Part shown: piece after piece, positions 1 through 9,566 of the stretch
Position numbering within the stretch: position 1 is the stretch's first letter
How the letters are laid out: each line of letters begins with the position of its first letter
Assembly (NCBI GenBank): GCA_034414775.1
Contig: DAOULX010000042.1
Coordinates: forward strand, 3,590 to 67,589
Direction: 5' to 3'
DNA from: Dehalococcoidales bacterium
Lineage (GTDB): Bacteria; Chloroflexota; Dehalococcoidia; Dehalococcoidales; RBG-16-60-22
DNA: 64,000 nucleotides
Notes under the pieces: generated by a model
Databases searched by the model: none
Seen by the model: the letters and a program-made list of their open reading frames with translations, nothing else
Told to the model about the DNA's origin: nothing
Translations under genes and position numbers: made by a program

Positions 1-555
1 AGGGACTTGGTACTGGCCGAACAGATAATCGCCGATGACGTGAATATTAACACCAACCGTTTTATAATAGAGAGCAAGTGTATCCAGCTGATCGTCACCC
101 AGCAGCCAATGGCCAGTGACATGCGGGTCATCATGGCGGTCGTCAATATAATAACTGAGCTCGAAAGAATCGGTGATTACGCTGAAGGCATCGCCAGGAT
201 TGTCCTGCTGATCGGTGACGAGCCCCCTCTTAAACCGCTGGTAACCATACCCCGCATGGCGGAGAAGACGGTGGACATGTTGCACCGCAGCCTCGAAGCA
301 TTCATCAACCACGATGTCGAGGCCGCTAAACAGATAGCCCTAGAGGACACCGAAGTAGACCATCTTTATGACGAGCTATACCGGGTACTGATCAGCTTCA
401 TGCTGGAAGACCCCAAAACCATTACCCGGGCTACCCGGCTCATCTGGGCATCTCACAATCTAGAGCGGGCGGCCGACCGTGTTACCAATATCTGTGAGCG
501 GGTAGTGTTTACCGTCACCGGCAAAATGGAGGAGATAGGCGCGTCCAGGTACTAG
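1..555 (+). CDS. phoU: Phosphate transport regulator PhoU (5' end outside window)
   Basis: The reading frame is open to the window edge. Both PhoU helical-repeat signatures are present (ELERIGDYAEGIA and NLERAADRVTNICERV). Stop is TAG at 553-555. Confidence 0.85.
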   Translation, partial: RDLVLAEQIIADDVNINTNRFIIESKCIQLIVTQQPMASDMRVIMAVVNIITELERIGDYAEGIARIVLLIGDEPPLKPLVTIPRMAEKTVDMLHRSLEAFINHDVEAAKQIALEDTEVDHLYDELYRVLISFMLEDPKTITRATRLIWASHNLERAADRVTNICERVVFTVTGKMEEIGASRY

Positions 556-758
556 GCACATCAAACTCGGCGAGGAGCCAGATGGCGGAAGCTTTCCTGA
601 GGTCTTACGCCGGCGATAGATATGAAGCCCATAGTGCCTGGCTCGTTCCTAAGGAGATTCACCCACTAACGAAACGTACTACCATTGGCGCCTGGTCATA
701 TTCTCCAGTTGGCATCCGTATTTCGCCGCCGAACTCCCAGGCCCCCATGGAGGCATAG
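552..758 (+). pseudogene. Remnant of an ArsC / low-molecular-weight phosphatase family gene
   Basis: Frame-3 translation LGTSNSARSQMAEAFLRSYAGDRYEAHSAWLVPKEIHPLT matches the P-loop region CTGNSxRSQMAE of the LMW-PTP/ArsC family. The catalytic Cys position reads Gly. There is no usable start codon, the 5' end overlaps the phoU stop, and a premature TAG lies at 756-758. Confidence 0.35.
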
Positions 759-949
759 CTTATCCAGGGGAAAAACACCCAGCCGAAATCCCGGCAGGTC
801 TTTCGGAGGGCATAGTAGCACGCTTCGGCATTGTTATAAGCGTCCGCCAGGGAGAGATCCGTGTGGAGCAAAGGGCCAGATTGGCACCCGGTCCGGTTTT
901 TTCCGTTTCAGTAGAGCTTCGATACGCTCGCGTTCCGTCGTGTCTATGC

Positions 950-3079
950 TCAAGCCTTATACATTTTACAAAGAAAGCCCCTCATCTTGGGAGACCCCAT
1001 TTCAGGGCTGTAGGGAGGCGAATCATCGGTCAGGATATTTACGTTCGCTTCATCCCAGCCGTACAATTCCGATTCCCCCCTCTCGGGGAACCACCAGCCG
1101 TGCCCCACGCAGATAACCCCGGGCATTATGTCCTGGCTCAGGCTGGTCTTTTGCTTTATCCTGCCCATCCTGTTCTCAATATAGACCATATCACCATCGG
1201 ATATGCCCCATTTCTCCGCGGTTACGGGATTAACGATGACCAGCGGCTCCGGTTTCTCACGGCGGAACGTCTCAAGGTACCTGTCCTGAGAATGAACGTA
1301 ATCAGCCTCGTGCGCGTTCGTCAGCACCAGCGGATATTCTTCGACCAGTTCCGGGCGGCTTGCCGGCGTTTTGTCTGGTTCGTGGTAGACGGGCAGGGGG
1401 TCATAGCCCCATTTTTCACAGAGACTCGAATATAGCTCAACTTTGCTGGAAGGAGTATTAAAGCCTTTTTCCAGGTACTTCCGGTAGCGGGTGGCCGAAG
1501 TGATTACCCTCGACATGTGGCGCAATTCCGCGAATGTTAAGCCCACTGGCGTCAGATACGCATCCAAATACTTCCCGAGGTCCTTCCAGAAAAATCGTTC
1601 TAGACCCAGTTTTTCAGCCAGCTTGATCAAGATTTCCTGGTTGGACAGGCATTCGCCGATCTGGACGACCTTTTGGCAGGCCTGGAGGACGGTCGCCCCT
1701 GAACCCAGGCTCGAAACCACGACACCGTCCGTTTCGAGGTACGAGGCGGCCGGGAGCACGATGTCGGCCAGGGCGGCCGTCGGCGTCATGACAAGCTCGC
1801 TCACGAACGAAAAGGGGACATTCAAAAAGGCTTCGTGGACACGGCGGGAGTTGCTCCATGTCAGTACGGGGTTGCTTCCTATGACACCGACTACCTTTAT
1901 GGGATAAGGTTGTCCCTCCAAGATCGCGTCGACAAGGTGTTGCGGGTGAATTTCGACCGGTTTGCTGGCGATTGAGTACCATAAATCACTCGGTGGGAGA
2001 TAGCCGCACTCGGCCCCAAGTTTTATCTTCTCTTTTTCAACGAGCAACTTGGGGCGTAGTATGTCATCGGAGGTAGCTTCGAACTTGATTGGCCCTTCCG
2101 TTTCGATGGTGCCGCCGGGGATGTCCAGGAGGCCGCAAATGGACTGAATGATAGCGATTGCCCGGGCGAATTGGGTGCTATTATATGTGTCTTCGCTGGC
2201 GTTTCCGGTCATCATACAGGCGTGACGATAGCTTGTGAAGAGTCTGGCGGCGGCAACAATATCTTCCGCTGGGACCCATGTGATTGCCGCCACATTTTCG
2301 GGAGAGTATGGCTGGATGTGCTCTTCCAGCCTGTCAAATCCGGTCGTCCAGGTATCAACAAAGTCGCGGTCATAGAGTTTCTCATTAATTATTACGTTAA
2401 GAATACCCAGAGCCAAGGCAAGATCTGTTGCCGGACGAGGTTGGAGCCAGATATCGGCTTTTTTAGCGGCCGCAGTCCTGAGGGTATTAACGACGATCAG
2501 TTTGCTGCCCTCATTAATGAAAGGGCAGGCGCTGGTTCCCCAACACATGATACATTCTGGAGAGCCATTCAAATCCGGAATACCATCAAACCCGTACGTC
2601 ATCAACCGACCCACTGCCGAAGGAACGTAGCAGGTATTGTCGATGCTGGCGACATTTGGCGTGCCGAAGGCGTTTCCCAGCCGGGACACGAAATCGGCAT
2701 GCCGGTCATAAAATCCCTTGACCAGGGCCACGGACTCAGCCCCGGATGTATCTCTGGCACGGAGGAGTTTCTCGGCGATCTCATCCAAAGCCTCTTCCCA
2801 GGTGATCCGCTCCCATTTTCCGGAGCCACGTTCTCCCGCCCGTCTCCTAGGATAAGTCAGGCGTCCTGGGTGGTAAAGCCTTTCCAGGCTGGCGGCCGCC
2901 CGGGAACAAAGCTGACCTCTTGACGCCAACGAATCGGGGGCATTTTCTATTTCTATCGCCTTGCCCCCAGTAACGTGTACGAGCATGCCGCACCTGTCCC
3001 CGCATTCACAGCACACGGTTTGGACTGTTGCAGATTTCGGTTTATTCACGACACTACCTTCCTTCGGTAGAATTGGCAA
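950..3079 (-). CDS. Molybdopterin (bis-MGD) oxidoreductase, DMSO-reductase superfamily, cytoplasmic type
   Basis: 709-aa ORF. The N-terminal Cys cluster CCECGDRCG...QLCSRA is a 4Fe-4S Mo/W-bisMGD-type domain, followed by molybdopterin oxidoreductase and C-terminal dinucleotide-binding domain patterns. No twin-arginine signal was seen. Confidence 0.85.
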   Translation of the reverse strand: MPILPKEGSVVNKPKSATVQTVCCECGDRCGMLVHVTGGKAIEIENAPDSLASRGQLCSRAAASLERLYHPGRLTYPRRRAGERGSGKWERITWEEALDEIAEKLLRARDTSGAESVALVKGFYDRHADFVSRLGNAFGTPNVASIDNTCYVPSAVGRLMTYGFDGIPDLNGSPECIMCWGTSACPFINEGSKLIVVNTLRTAAAKKADIWLQPRPATDLALALGILNVIINEKLYDRDFVDTWTTGFDRLEEHIQPYSPENVAAITWVPAEDIVAAARLFTSYRHACMMTGNASEDTYNSTQFARAIAIIQSICGLLDIPGGTIETEGPIKFEATSDDILRPKLLVEKEKIKLGAECGYLPPSDLWYSIASKPVEIHPQHLVDAILEGQPYPIKVVGVIGSNPVLTWSNSRRVHEAFLNVPFSFVSELVMTPTAALADIVLPAASYLETDGVVVSSLGSGATVLQACQKVVQIGECLSNQEILIKLAEKLGLERFFWKDLGKYLDAYLTPVGLTFAELRHMSRVITSATRYRKYLEKGFNTPSSKVELYSSLCEKWGYDPLPVYHEPDKTPASRPELVEEYPLVLTNAHEADYVHSQDRYLETFRREKPEPLVIVNPVTAEKWGISDGDMVYIENRMGRIKQKTSLSQDIMPGVICVGHGWWFPERGESELYGWDEANVNILTDDSPPYSPEMGSPKMRGFLCKMYKA

Positions 3080-3252
3080 CTTGAACTGTTTGTTTCAGTA
3101 TATTCCTTTGGAACGCCTATTTTCAACTGGCTTGAGCGGGCAGGGGACAGAACCCAAAATAATGGATTAACTATGCATCTTTAAATAGAAAGACCGCCCG
3201 AATAAACACACACATAGGCGGTCAATTATTTCAAGAGAATGAATGAAAAGGT

Positions 3253-3751
3253 TTACGGTTTTTTGTTTTTTAACGCTTTATGTATCTCATATCCAATGGC
3301 ACCGAAACTGCCTAGACCATAGGTCCCGATATATTTTGGCTTGTTTAATTCCAAGATAAACGTCAACATTTTTCTCGTCTTTAAGTAATGATTTTGGCAC
3401 ATTATCAATGGCTTTTGCAATACTGGTAGCCTTATCGATTGCTCTGACCGCTTTGATGCCCAATTTAGTCCCAATTGCCACGCTCCCAATAACCGGCACG
3501 CAGGCGGTGAAGGACAAGGCGGCATAAACATAGTCTCCTTCGGCGGCGTAAGCGATACCATTAACGGCATCGAAGGCTTCACCCTGGAGGGCTTTTGGGT
3601 ATTGTAAGAGAACCCCACGATAGAGATAGGTAGTCTTTTGGGCGACGGACCGCTAGTAAAGGCCGACCTTCTCGTAGGTGGCCAGGTTGCCTTGAAGGTC
3701 GCCCTTGAGATGCTTGTTCTTGGGGGCTTTGGTACGCCAGCGGTTAGCCAT
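3253..3751 (-). pseudogene. Disrupted hypothetical ORF (in-frame TAG, possible 3' frameshift)
   Basis: ATG at 3751 opens MANRWRTKAPKNKHLKGDLQGNLATYEKVGLY. An in-frame TAG follows at 3655-3653, and the same frame continues RSVAQKTTYLYRGVLLQYPKALQGEAFDAVNGIAY...VPVIGSVAIGTKLGIKAVRAIDKA to 3287. A second frame carries a plausible alternative tail (GTYGLGSFGAIGYEIHKALKNKKP) ending at 3253. The region looks AT-richer than its neighbours by eye. Confidence 0.3.
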
Positions 3752-3786
3752 GGGTATATTATATGGCGTCCGGGAAGGAACTAGAA

Positions 3787-3859
3787 TGCCCCCAATGGAA
3801 TTCGAATCCATGTTGCCGGCTTGAAAGGCCGGTGTCCTAGGCCACTAGACGATGGGGGC
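3787..3859 (-). tRNA. tRNA-Glu (anticodon UUC)
   Basis: Manual cloverleaf of GCCCCCATCGTCTAGTGGCCTAGGACACCGGCCTTTCAAGCCGGCAACATGGATTCGAATTCCATTGGGGGCA. It has a 7-bp acceptor stem, anticodon loop CTTTCAA and T-loop GGATTCGAATTCC. No CCA is encoded. Confidence 0.9.
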
Positions 3860-3994
3860 GTATGGGATAAGTATAACAGAGAAAGGCGTGGCCGGACAAT
3901 ACGACCGGTTCAAAGGGTTACGGCTGTTCAGCTTGCCTGTAAAGCCGTCTGATGCTAGAATTATACTGGAAGTGTTTGTTCGAGGTGACAATGC

Positions 3995-4228
3995 ATGCCC
4001 ATCTATGAGTACGAATGTATCCATTGCAACCACCGGTTCGAGCTGAGACAGAGCTATAAAGATAAGCCCGAGGCGGAATGCCCGGAATGCCAGGAGTCCG
4101 CCCGTCGGGTCTTTCATCCCACTCCAATCATATTCAGGGGGAGCGGTTTCTACGTAACCGACCATCGTCCGAGCCCGGCCCCGGAGACAGGTAAAAGCGA
4201 GTCCGAGCCGAGCAAGAGCGCCAAGTGA
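3995..4228 (+). CDS. FmdB-family zinc-ribbon protein
   Basis: The N-terminus [16 protein letters not shown]...CPECQ is the CxxC-CxxC_SSSS zinc-ribbon signature. Confidence 0.8.
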   Translation: MPIYEYECIHCNHRFELRQSYKDKPEAECPECQESARRVFHPTPIIFRGSGFYVTDHRPSPAPETGKSESEPSKSAK

Positions 4229-4677
4229 AAGCCGTTCTGCAGCGGGTTAGCCGGGCTTCCGTCAGTGTGGCCGGTGAGGAAGTAGGGGCGATCGGGAACG
4301 GTCTGGTCGTTCTGCTGGGTGTGGCTGAAGGTGATACTGAGGAAGATGCCCAGTTCCTGTTGCAGAAAATTATCAATCTACGCATTTTCACCGACTCGGA
4401 AGGGAAATTCAATCGCTCGCTCCTGGATGCCGGTGGAGAGCTCCTGCTGGTCAGTCAATTCACCCTACTGGCGGATACCCGCAAAGGTAGGCGTCCCAGC
4501 TTTACGGGGGCAGCACCGCCCGAACAAGCCGCGGCCCTTTTCGACCGTTTCGTAGACCTGGCCCGAGACAGTGGGTTGAAGGTGGCCACCGGACAGTTCC
4601 AGGCACATATGATGGTCGAGATACATAACGATGGTCCCGTCACGATAATACTGGATAGCCGCGAAAGGTCCGGTTGA
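4225..4677 (+). CDS. dtd: D-aminoacyl-tRNA deacylase
   Basis: 150 aa. MKAVLQRV...SQFTL...GRRPSF...NDGPVT are conserved Dtd motifs. The GTG start overlaps the upstream TGA stop. Confidence 0.9.
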   Translation: MKAVLQRVSRASVSVAGEEVGAIGNGLVVLLGVAEGDTEEDAQFLLQKIINLRIFTDSEGKFNRSLLDAGGELLLVSQFTLLADTRKGRRPSFTGAAPPEQAAALFDRFVDLARDSGLKVATGQFQAHMMVEIHNDGPVTIILDSRERSG

Positions 4678-4698
4678 GACTTTCGGGGGAGGCAGAGT

Positions 4699-4911
4699 AT
4701 GAGCAACGATGAAAAGTCCAAGCTACGGGCCCTCCTGGGCTACTGGGTGGAGCACAACCGCGAGCACGGTGAGGAGTTTCGGGAATGGGCAGACCGGGCG
4801 GTGAGGATGGGGGAGGTAGAGGTCGCCGGGGAGATTCGGCAGGCGGTGCGGCATATGGAAAGCGTCACCGAGATACTCTCCGGGACGCTGAAGAAACTGG
4901 AGGGAAAGTAG
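4699..4911 (+). CDS. Small helical hypothetical protein (His/Glu-rich)
   Basis: 70-aa ORF tightly coupled to the downstream CooT-like gene. No recognisable family. Confidence 0.45.
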   Translation: MSNDEKSKLRALLGYWVEHNREHGEEFREWADRAVRMGEVEVAGEIRQAVRHMESVTEILSGTLKKLEGK

Positions 4912-4913
4912 CA

Positions 4914-5108
4914 ATGTGCCTGGCAAAAGCATTCCTCGGCGGCGATGTCAAGCCGGTCGCCGAGGAAATCACTTCGATCAAGAAGGAAGACGGCCAGCTC
5001 CTGGTGACGACTCTCTTCGGGGAGAGAATGGAACTCGCTGCCGCCATCAAAGAGATAGACTTCCGGTCGAGCCGAGTCGTCCTGGAAAAAACTGCCGAAG
5101 GGAGCTAG
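4914..5108 (+). CDS. CooT-family (nickel-binding / RNA-binding-fold) small protein
   Basis: ATG at 4914 gives MCLAKAFLGG...LVTTLFGERMEL...IKEIDF, the typical CooT family pattern with an N-terminal Met-Cys. Confidence 0.65.
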   Translation: MCLAKAFLGGDVKPVAEEITSIKKEDGQLLVTTLFGERMELAAAIKEIDFRSSRVVLEKTAEGS

Positions 5109-5986
5109 GACGAAGGCGGTTCCATCTCCAGCGAGATGTCCAATGACCTGTAGGAGTGGGTCAGGGCACCGACGGAAATCATGTCCACGCCGGTCTCGGC
5201 AACGCGGCGGACATTTTCCAGGGTGATACCTCCGGAGGCTTCCATTCTGGCCCGCCCTCCAACCATTTTCACTACATGTCTCATTTCATCCGGGGCCATA
5301 TTGTCCAACATGATGATATCCGGGGCGGCCTTTAGGGCTTCTTCGGCTTCTTCGGTGCTGGTGACCTCTACTTCTATGGTAATGCCCGCGGGAGCGTTTT
5401 TCCGCGCCTTAGCTATGATATCTGCCAGGCCCAGGCCTGCGACTCGAAGCGCCGCGATGTGGTTGTCCTTGATAAGCACGGCGCCGCCAAGATTAAGGCG
5501 GTGGTTTTCGCCGCCCCCCGCCCGCACGGCGTACTTGTCCAGGGAGCGCAGGCCGGGGGTGGTCTTGCGGGTGTCAAAGACTTTCGCCTTGAGGCCACGG
5601 ACTTCCACCACGTACTGGGCCGTGGTCGTGGCGATGCCGCTGAGACGCTGGAGGAAATTGAGGGCGACACGTTCTCCCTTTAGAATACCGGCGATACTGC
5701 CGCTGACGGTGCCGATGATATCGCCATGCCGGATAGCTGTACCGTCCCCGATAAGGACTTCGAAATGGAGAGAAGGATCGACTTTTTGGAAAACACGCTT
5801 GGCGATATAGATGCCGGCCAGAACGCCGTCCTCTTTGACAACAAGGCAAGCCTGACCGGATAAATTTGGTGGCAGTAGAGCCTTGGTAGTAACGTCACCG
5901 CGGCCGATATCCTCCGCCAGCGCCGCCTCGATTATACCATCGAGCTGCTCTTGGGAAAGATATTCGCTGAGATTCATCCGCAGCAA
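5105..5986 (-). CDS. nadC: Nicotinate-nucleotide pyrophosphorylase (quinolinate phosphoribosyltransferase)
   Basis: 293 aa with full-length family pattern (DIGRGDVTT, ERVALNFLQRLSGIAT, DTRKTTPGLR, IMLDNM). Confidence 0.9.
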   Translation of the reverse strand: MLRMNLSEYLSQEQLDGIIEAALAEDIGRGDVTTKALLPPNLSGQACLVVKEDGVLAGIYIAKRVFQKVDPSLHFEVLIGDGTAIRHGDIIGTVSGSIAGILKGERVALNFLQRLSGIATTTAQYVVEVRGLKAKVFDTRKTTPGLRSLDKYAVRAGGGENHRLNLGGAVLIKDNHIAALRVAGLGLADIIAKARKNAPAGITIEVEVTSTEEAEEALKAAPDIIMLDNMAPDEMRHVVKMVGGRARMEASGGITLENVRRVAETGVDMISVGALTHSYRSLDISLEMEPPSS

Positions 5987-5998
5987 CTTGTGTCCCGG

Positions 5999-6388
5999 TT
6001 ATTTTATTGTGTAGTCCTGCTTTTGCTGGCGGACCGCCACGCTGCCGCGAGCGACCCTGAGCATACCGCCGCCCTCCACCTTGATGACGACGGTGTCATC
6101 GCTGAGGCTTTCGATCCTCCCGAAAATGCCGCCCGCCGTGATGACGTCATCACCTTTTTGCAGACTCTGCGTCATCTCTTGTTGCTCCCTCTGGCGCTTG
6201 CGCTGCGGCCGTATCATGACGAAATAGAACAGCCCGAAGATGACTACCAGGAAAATGATCATGTACCATATGCTGTTAGGGTCCTGTTCTGTCGTTCCGT
6301 CACCTGCCGGGGCATAGCAGCCGCTCAGGAATACCAGCATGACCAGGAGCACCCCGATTAGGGGGGCAAATCTCTTAATCCTGCTCAT
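5999..6388 (-). CDS. yajC: Preprotein translocase subunit YajC
   Basis: One TM segment followed by RPQRKRQ...LQKGDDVITAGGIFGRI, the YajC signature. Confidence 0.85.
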   Translation of the reverse strand: MSRIKRFAPLIGVLLVMLVFLSGCYAPAGDGTTEQDPNSIWYMIIFLVVIFGLFYFVMIRPQRKRQREQQEMTQSLQKGDDVITAGGIFGRIESLSDDTVVIKVEGGGMLRVARGSVAVRQQKQDYTIK

Positions 6389-7635
6389 TCTTCCTCCTCT
6401 ATCTTACCCTGCAGCGACCACGGGCTGGTTCTGGTGATCTTGGCGTTCACCAGTCGCCCCAGATGGTCATGGCCACCGCTGAAAAATACCAGCTTTCCGG
6501 TACGGGTGCGGCCGTACCATTTTCCGCCCTTTTTCCCCTCCACTAGCACCTCCATCGTCTTGTCCAAAAGCCCGGTGTTGATGCCGGTCTGGACGACCTC
6601 CTGGAGCCGCTCGACGGCGTCCAGCCGGGCCTTTTTCTCACCGGGTGGGACGTTATCGCCAAGATCGCGTGCGGCGGCGGTCCCGGGCCGGGTGGAATAG
6701 GCGGCTACATGAACTGTATCAAACTTCAGCTCCGAGAGCAAGTCCAGGGTCTGCCGGAACTGCTCCCCGCTTTCAAAGGGAAAGCCGACGATAACGTCGG
6801 TACTGATGGCCACGCCGGGGACCGTTTTCCTGATCTTGCCGATAAGCCGGTGGTAATCCTCGACCGTGTAGCCCCGCTTCATAGCCCGGAGGACTTCATT
6901 ACTGCCCGCCTGGATGGGCAGATTGACCTGCTCGCAGACTTTATTCAACCTGGCGATAGCATGGATGAGTTTATCACTCATGTCCTTGGGATGGTTGGTG
7001 AGGAATCGCAAACGCGCCAGGCCCTGGATACCGTTCAGCGTCGTCAGGAGGTCGGCAAGGTCCGGACGGCCGGGCAGGTCACGCCCGTAGGAATCGACGT
7101 TCTGCCCTAACAGGATGACTTCCCGGGTGCCCCTGTTTATCAACTCACGCGCCTCGCAGGTTATTTCCTCTGGCGGCCGGCTCTTTTCTCTCCCGCGCCG
7201 GAAGGGGACGATGCAATACGAGCAGAAATTATCACACCCCTGGCTGATGGTAACGTAAACGCTGGGGGTGGCGTGGTGGGGTAGGGGTAACGTTGTGGGC
7301 TGTTCCAGCCAGGGCGGATTATAACCTGCTTTGAAAAAATGGTCGACGTGCGGGTGTTTTTTCCGGAGGCTGGCGGTGTCCGAATCGACCAGGCATCCGG
7401 TGAGGGCAAGCTGCATCTCTGGGTGGGTTTTTTTCAGGGGCCTGAGGGCGTGGAGCTTGTTGACCACGCGGTTCTCGGCGCTCTGGCGTACGACACAGCT
7501 ATTCAACACAACAAGGTCAGCTTGATCGGGATTAGCCACTGCCTCATAGCCAAGCTCCTCGAAGCGGGCCGCCAGCCGCTCCGATTCCGCGGTGTTCATC
7601 TGGCAGCCGATGGTCCAGATATGGTATTTGGGCAT
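6385..7635 (-). CDS. miaB: tRNA methylthiotransferase (MiaB family radical SAM)
   Basis: The N-terminal MTTase domain (YHIWTIGCQMN), a radical SAM CxxxCxxC motif (CDNFCSYC) and a C-terminal TRAM domain are present. Confidence 0.85.
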   Translation of the reverse strand: MPKYHIWTIGCQMNTAESERLAARFEELGYEAVANPDQADLVVLNSCVVRQSAENRVVNKLHALRPLKKTHPEMQLALTGCLVDSDTASLRKKHPHVDHFFKAGYNPPWLEQPTTLPLPHHATPSVYVTISQGCDNFCSYCIVPFRRGREKSRPPEEITCEARELINRGTREVILLGQNVDSYGRDLPGRPDLADLLTTLNGIQGLARLRFLTNHPKDMSDKLIHAIARLNKVCEQVNLPIQAGSNEVLRAMKRGYTVEDYHRLIGKIRKTVPGVAISTDVIVGFPFESGEQFRQTLDLLSELKFDTVHVAAYSTRPGTAAARDLGDNVPPGEKKARLDAVERLQEVVQTGINTGLLDKTMEVLVEGKKGGKWYGRTRTGKLVFFSGGHDHLGRLVNAKITRTSPWSLQGKIEEEE

Positions 7636-7711
7636 TTATTCAACTCATTGGTAGGGATATGCTATAAATTTATTGTCGACGAAATAGGCTGACATGAAAA
7701 GGATAATTTTT

Positions 7712-8047
7712 CTATTCTCTGGCCCTTTTATCGACCAGCTTCAGTGCCTCGACGATTCTATTTTCATCAAAATCGATTGTATTGACTTTTATATGTCGCA
7801 TCGTTTTGCCGCTGCCTTCAAAAAAGGCTAAATCGTCTTTGGTCAGTCCCTGAATGGAGAATCCAAAATTGACATGGTCTTTCAGACCGACGATGTAAAA
7901 ACTGCCGCCGAAGAAGACGGGGGCGCCCCATTTCATTTCTTCGCTGGCATCAGGAAGGGTCGTGAAGATAAGCCTTCTCAATCGCTGGCAGATCTCTTTT
8001 TGGGGTGATGGCAGTTTGTCTATATAGTCGTCGACCTGATTGCTCAT
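7712..8047 (-). CDS. DUF1801 (YdhG-like) domain protein
   Basis: 111 aa with a pattern typical of the DUF1801 family (KWGAPVF...HVNFGF). Confidence 0.65.
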   Translation of the reverse strand: MSNQVDDYIDKLPSPQKEICQRLRRLIFTTLPDASEEMKWGAPVFFGGSFYIVGLKDHVNFGFSIQGLTKDDLAFFEGSGKTMRHIKVNTIDFDENRIVEALKLVDKRARE

Positions 8048-8065
8048 TTTCCCGGTAAATCTGGC

Positions 8066-8157
8066 TGGCGGAGGGGGAGGGATTCGAACCCTCGACCCCG
8101 GTCACCCAGGGTAAGCACTTAGCAGGCGCCCGCACTAGACCACTATGCGACCCCTCC
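8066..8157 (-). tRNA. tRNA-Ser (anticodon GCU)
   Basis: Manual fold of GGAGGGGTCGCATAGTGGTC...CTGCTAA...long variable arm...GGGTTCGAATCCCTCCCCCTCCGCCA. The 3' CCA is encoded. Confidence 0.9.
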
Positions 8158-8233
8158 CCGGCACGGACATAGATGGACCTTTTTGCCAGTGTTATGATAA
8201 CATAATACCCTGATCTGGCTCAATGGGGCTCTT

Positions 8234-9175
8234 CTATGGCCGCGCCGCCCCGATAATCTCCCCCAGTTCCTTTATGCCTTCTTCGGCCATAAAGTGCTCG
8301 ATACCCTCCAGGACGTCGAGGGCAGCGCGGGGATTGGACAGGGTCGCCGAGCCCACCTGGACGGCGGTCGCTCCGGCCATGATGAACTCCAGGGCGTCAG
8401 CAGCGGTGACGATGCCGCCGCAACCGATAACCGGCACCTTTACTGAATCGGCTACGTCGTAGACCAGGGCCAGTGCCAGGGGTTTAATCGCCGGTCCGGA
8501 CAGGCCGCCGGTAATATTCCCTATTATGGGACGCCGAGTAGTAACGCTTATAGCCATACCTCTTACGCTGTTGATGAGAGAAACGGCATCGGCACCGGCT
8601 TCAGCCACGGCAGCAGCCACCGTGGCGATATCCGCAGCGTTGGGAGTCAGTTTGATAATTAACGGTAATGATGTATTGGATCTGACCGCCTTGGTGACTT
8701 CGGCGGCACAGGTAGGGTCGGCCCCGAAAGCCGCCCCGCCAGCCTGGACATTGGGGCAGGAGATGTTGACCTCTAGGCCGCTAACGCCGGTCACCCCGTC
8801 GAGTCGGGAGGCCAGGCGGGCGTAATCCTCAACGGTATCGCCGGCGATATTAACAATGACCGGCACCTGCCAGTTCGCCCACACGGGCGCTTTTTCCTTG
8901 ATAACGGCCTCGACGCCAATGTTCTGCAGGCCAATGGAGTTGATAACCCCACCGGTGGTCTCGACCAGGCGCGGCTGGCGATTGCCCTGACGCGGCTCGA
9001 GGGTGGTGCCCTTACAGACGATGGCACCCAGCTTCTGAATATCGAAGAGTTGCTCGTACTCCGTCCCGTAGCCGAAAGTGCCGGAAGCCGTCATGACGGG
9101 ATTTATAAGCCGCAGGCCGCGCTTATGCTTGGGGGCTAACTGGACAGTCAGGTCCGTAGACATTGCCGGTCCCAT
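8234..9175 (-). CDS. pyrD: Dihydroorotate dehydrogenase, class 1B catalytic subunit
   Basis: 313 aa with conserved PyrD class 1 motifs (NPVMTASGTFG, GAIVCKGTT, NISCPN, IGCGGI). Confidence 0.9.
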   Translation of the reverse strand: MGPAMSTDLTVQLAPKHKRGLRLINPVMTASGTFGYGTEYEQLFDIQKLGAIVCKGTTLEPRQGNRQPRLVETTGGVINSIGLQNIGVEAVIKEKAPVWANWQVPVIVNIAGDTVEDYARLASRLDGVTGVSGLEVNISCPNVQAGGAAFGADPTCAAEVTKAVRSNTSLPLIIKLTPNAADIATVAAAVAEAGADAVSLINSVRGMAISVTTRRPIIGNITGGLSGPAIKPLALALVYDVADSVKVPVIGCGGIVTAADALEFIMAGATAVQVGSATLSNPRAALDVLEGIEHFMAEEGIKELGEIIGAARP

Positions 9176-9306
9176 ATCTGGCTGAAAGCTTATCAGACAG
9201 GCCCGCTTAATGCAAGTCCGTTGAGGGGCTTTACCCAGCCAAACCGGGTAAAAACATGGTTGTCGGTTAGTGTCCCGCGGTCTATTCTGGCGGAGGAGGC
9301 TGAATC

Positions 9307-9519
9307 ATGCCGTCAGAACAGGTTATTACCAATAAAGACAGCCGGGGTGATAAAGCCAAACGGCAGCGCGTTTCCAGCCTTCTTACCCAGGAGCAGTTGG
9401 CGGAGATGGCCGGTATCCCTGTCGAGCACGTTAATCTTTTCGAAAGGGACTTGCCGGTACCCCTGGACAGCCGACGCCGAATTCTGAAGGAACTCTGGGC
9501 AAAAAGAAACGGGAAGTGA
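9307..9519 (+). CDS. XRE-type helix-turn-helix protein
   Basis: LTQEQLAEMAGIPVEHVNLFERD is a classical HTH_3 core. The gene is convergent with the archaellin-like gene. Confidence 0.6.
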   Translation: MPSEQVITNKDSRGDKAKRQRVSSLLTQEQLAEMAGIPVEHVNLFERDLPVPLDSRRRILKELWAKRNGK

Positions 9520-9566
9520 TCTTCAGGAAACCACTTCCCGTCTGATTCTACAACAGGGCGTCTATT

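Noticed and set aside
659-871. A 70-aa minus-strand ORF with a TTG start lies in the phoU / Mo-oxidoreductase spacer.
   Set aside because: It has a non-ATG start with no RBS and no recognisable family, and it lies antisense to the ArsC-like remnant. It is probably non-coding.
3253-3859. The tRNA-Glu and tRNA-Ser(UGA) flanks (the latter at 27027-27655) might be an integrated prophage or genomic island.
   Set aside because: No integrase, transposase or direct repeat of the tRNA 3' end was found. Only short decayed ORFs remain, so at most these are relics.
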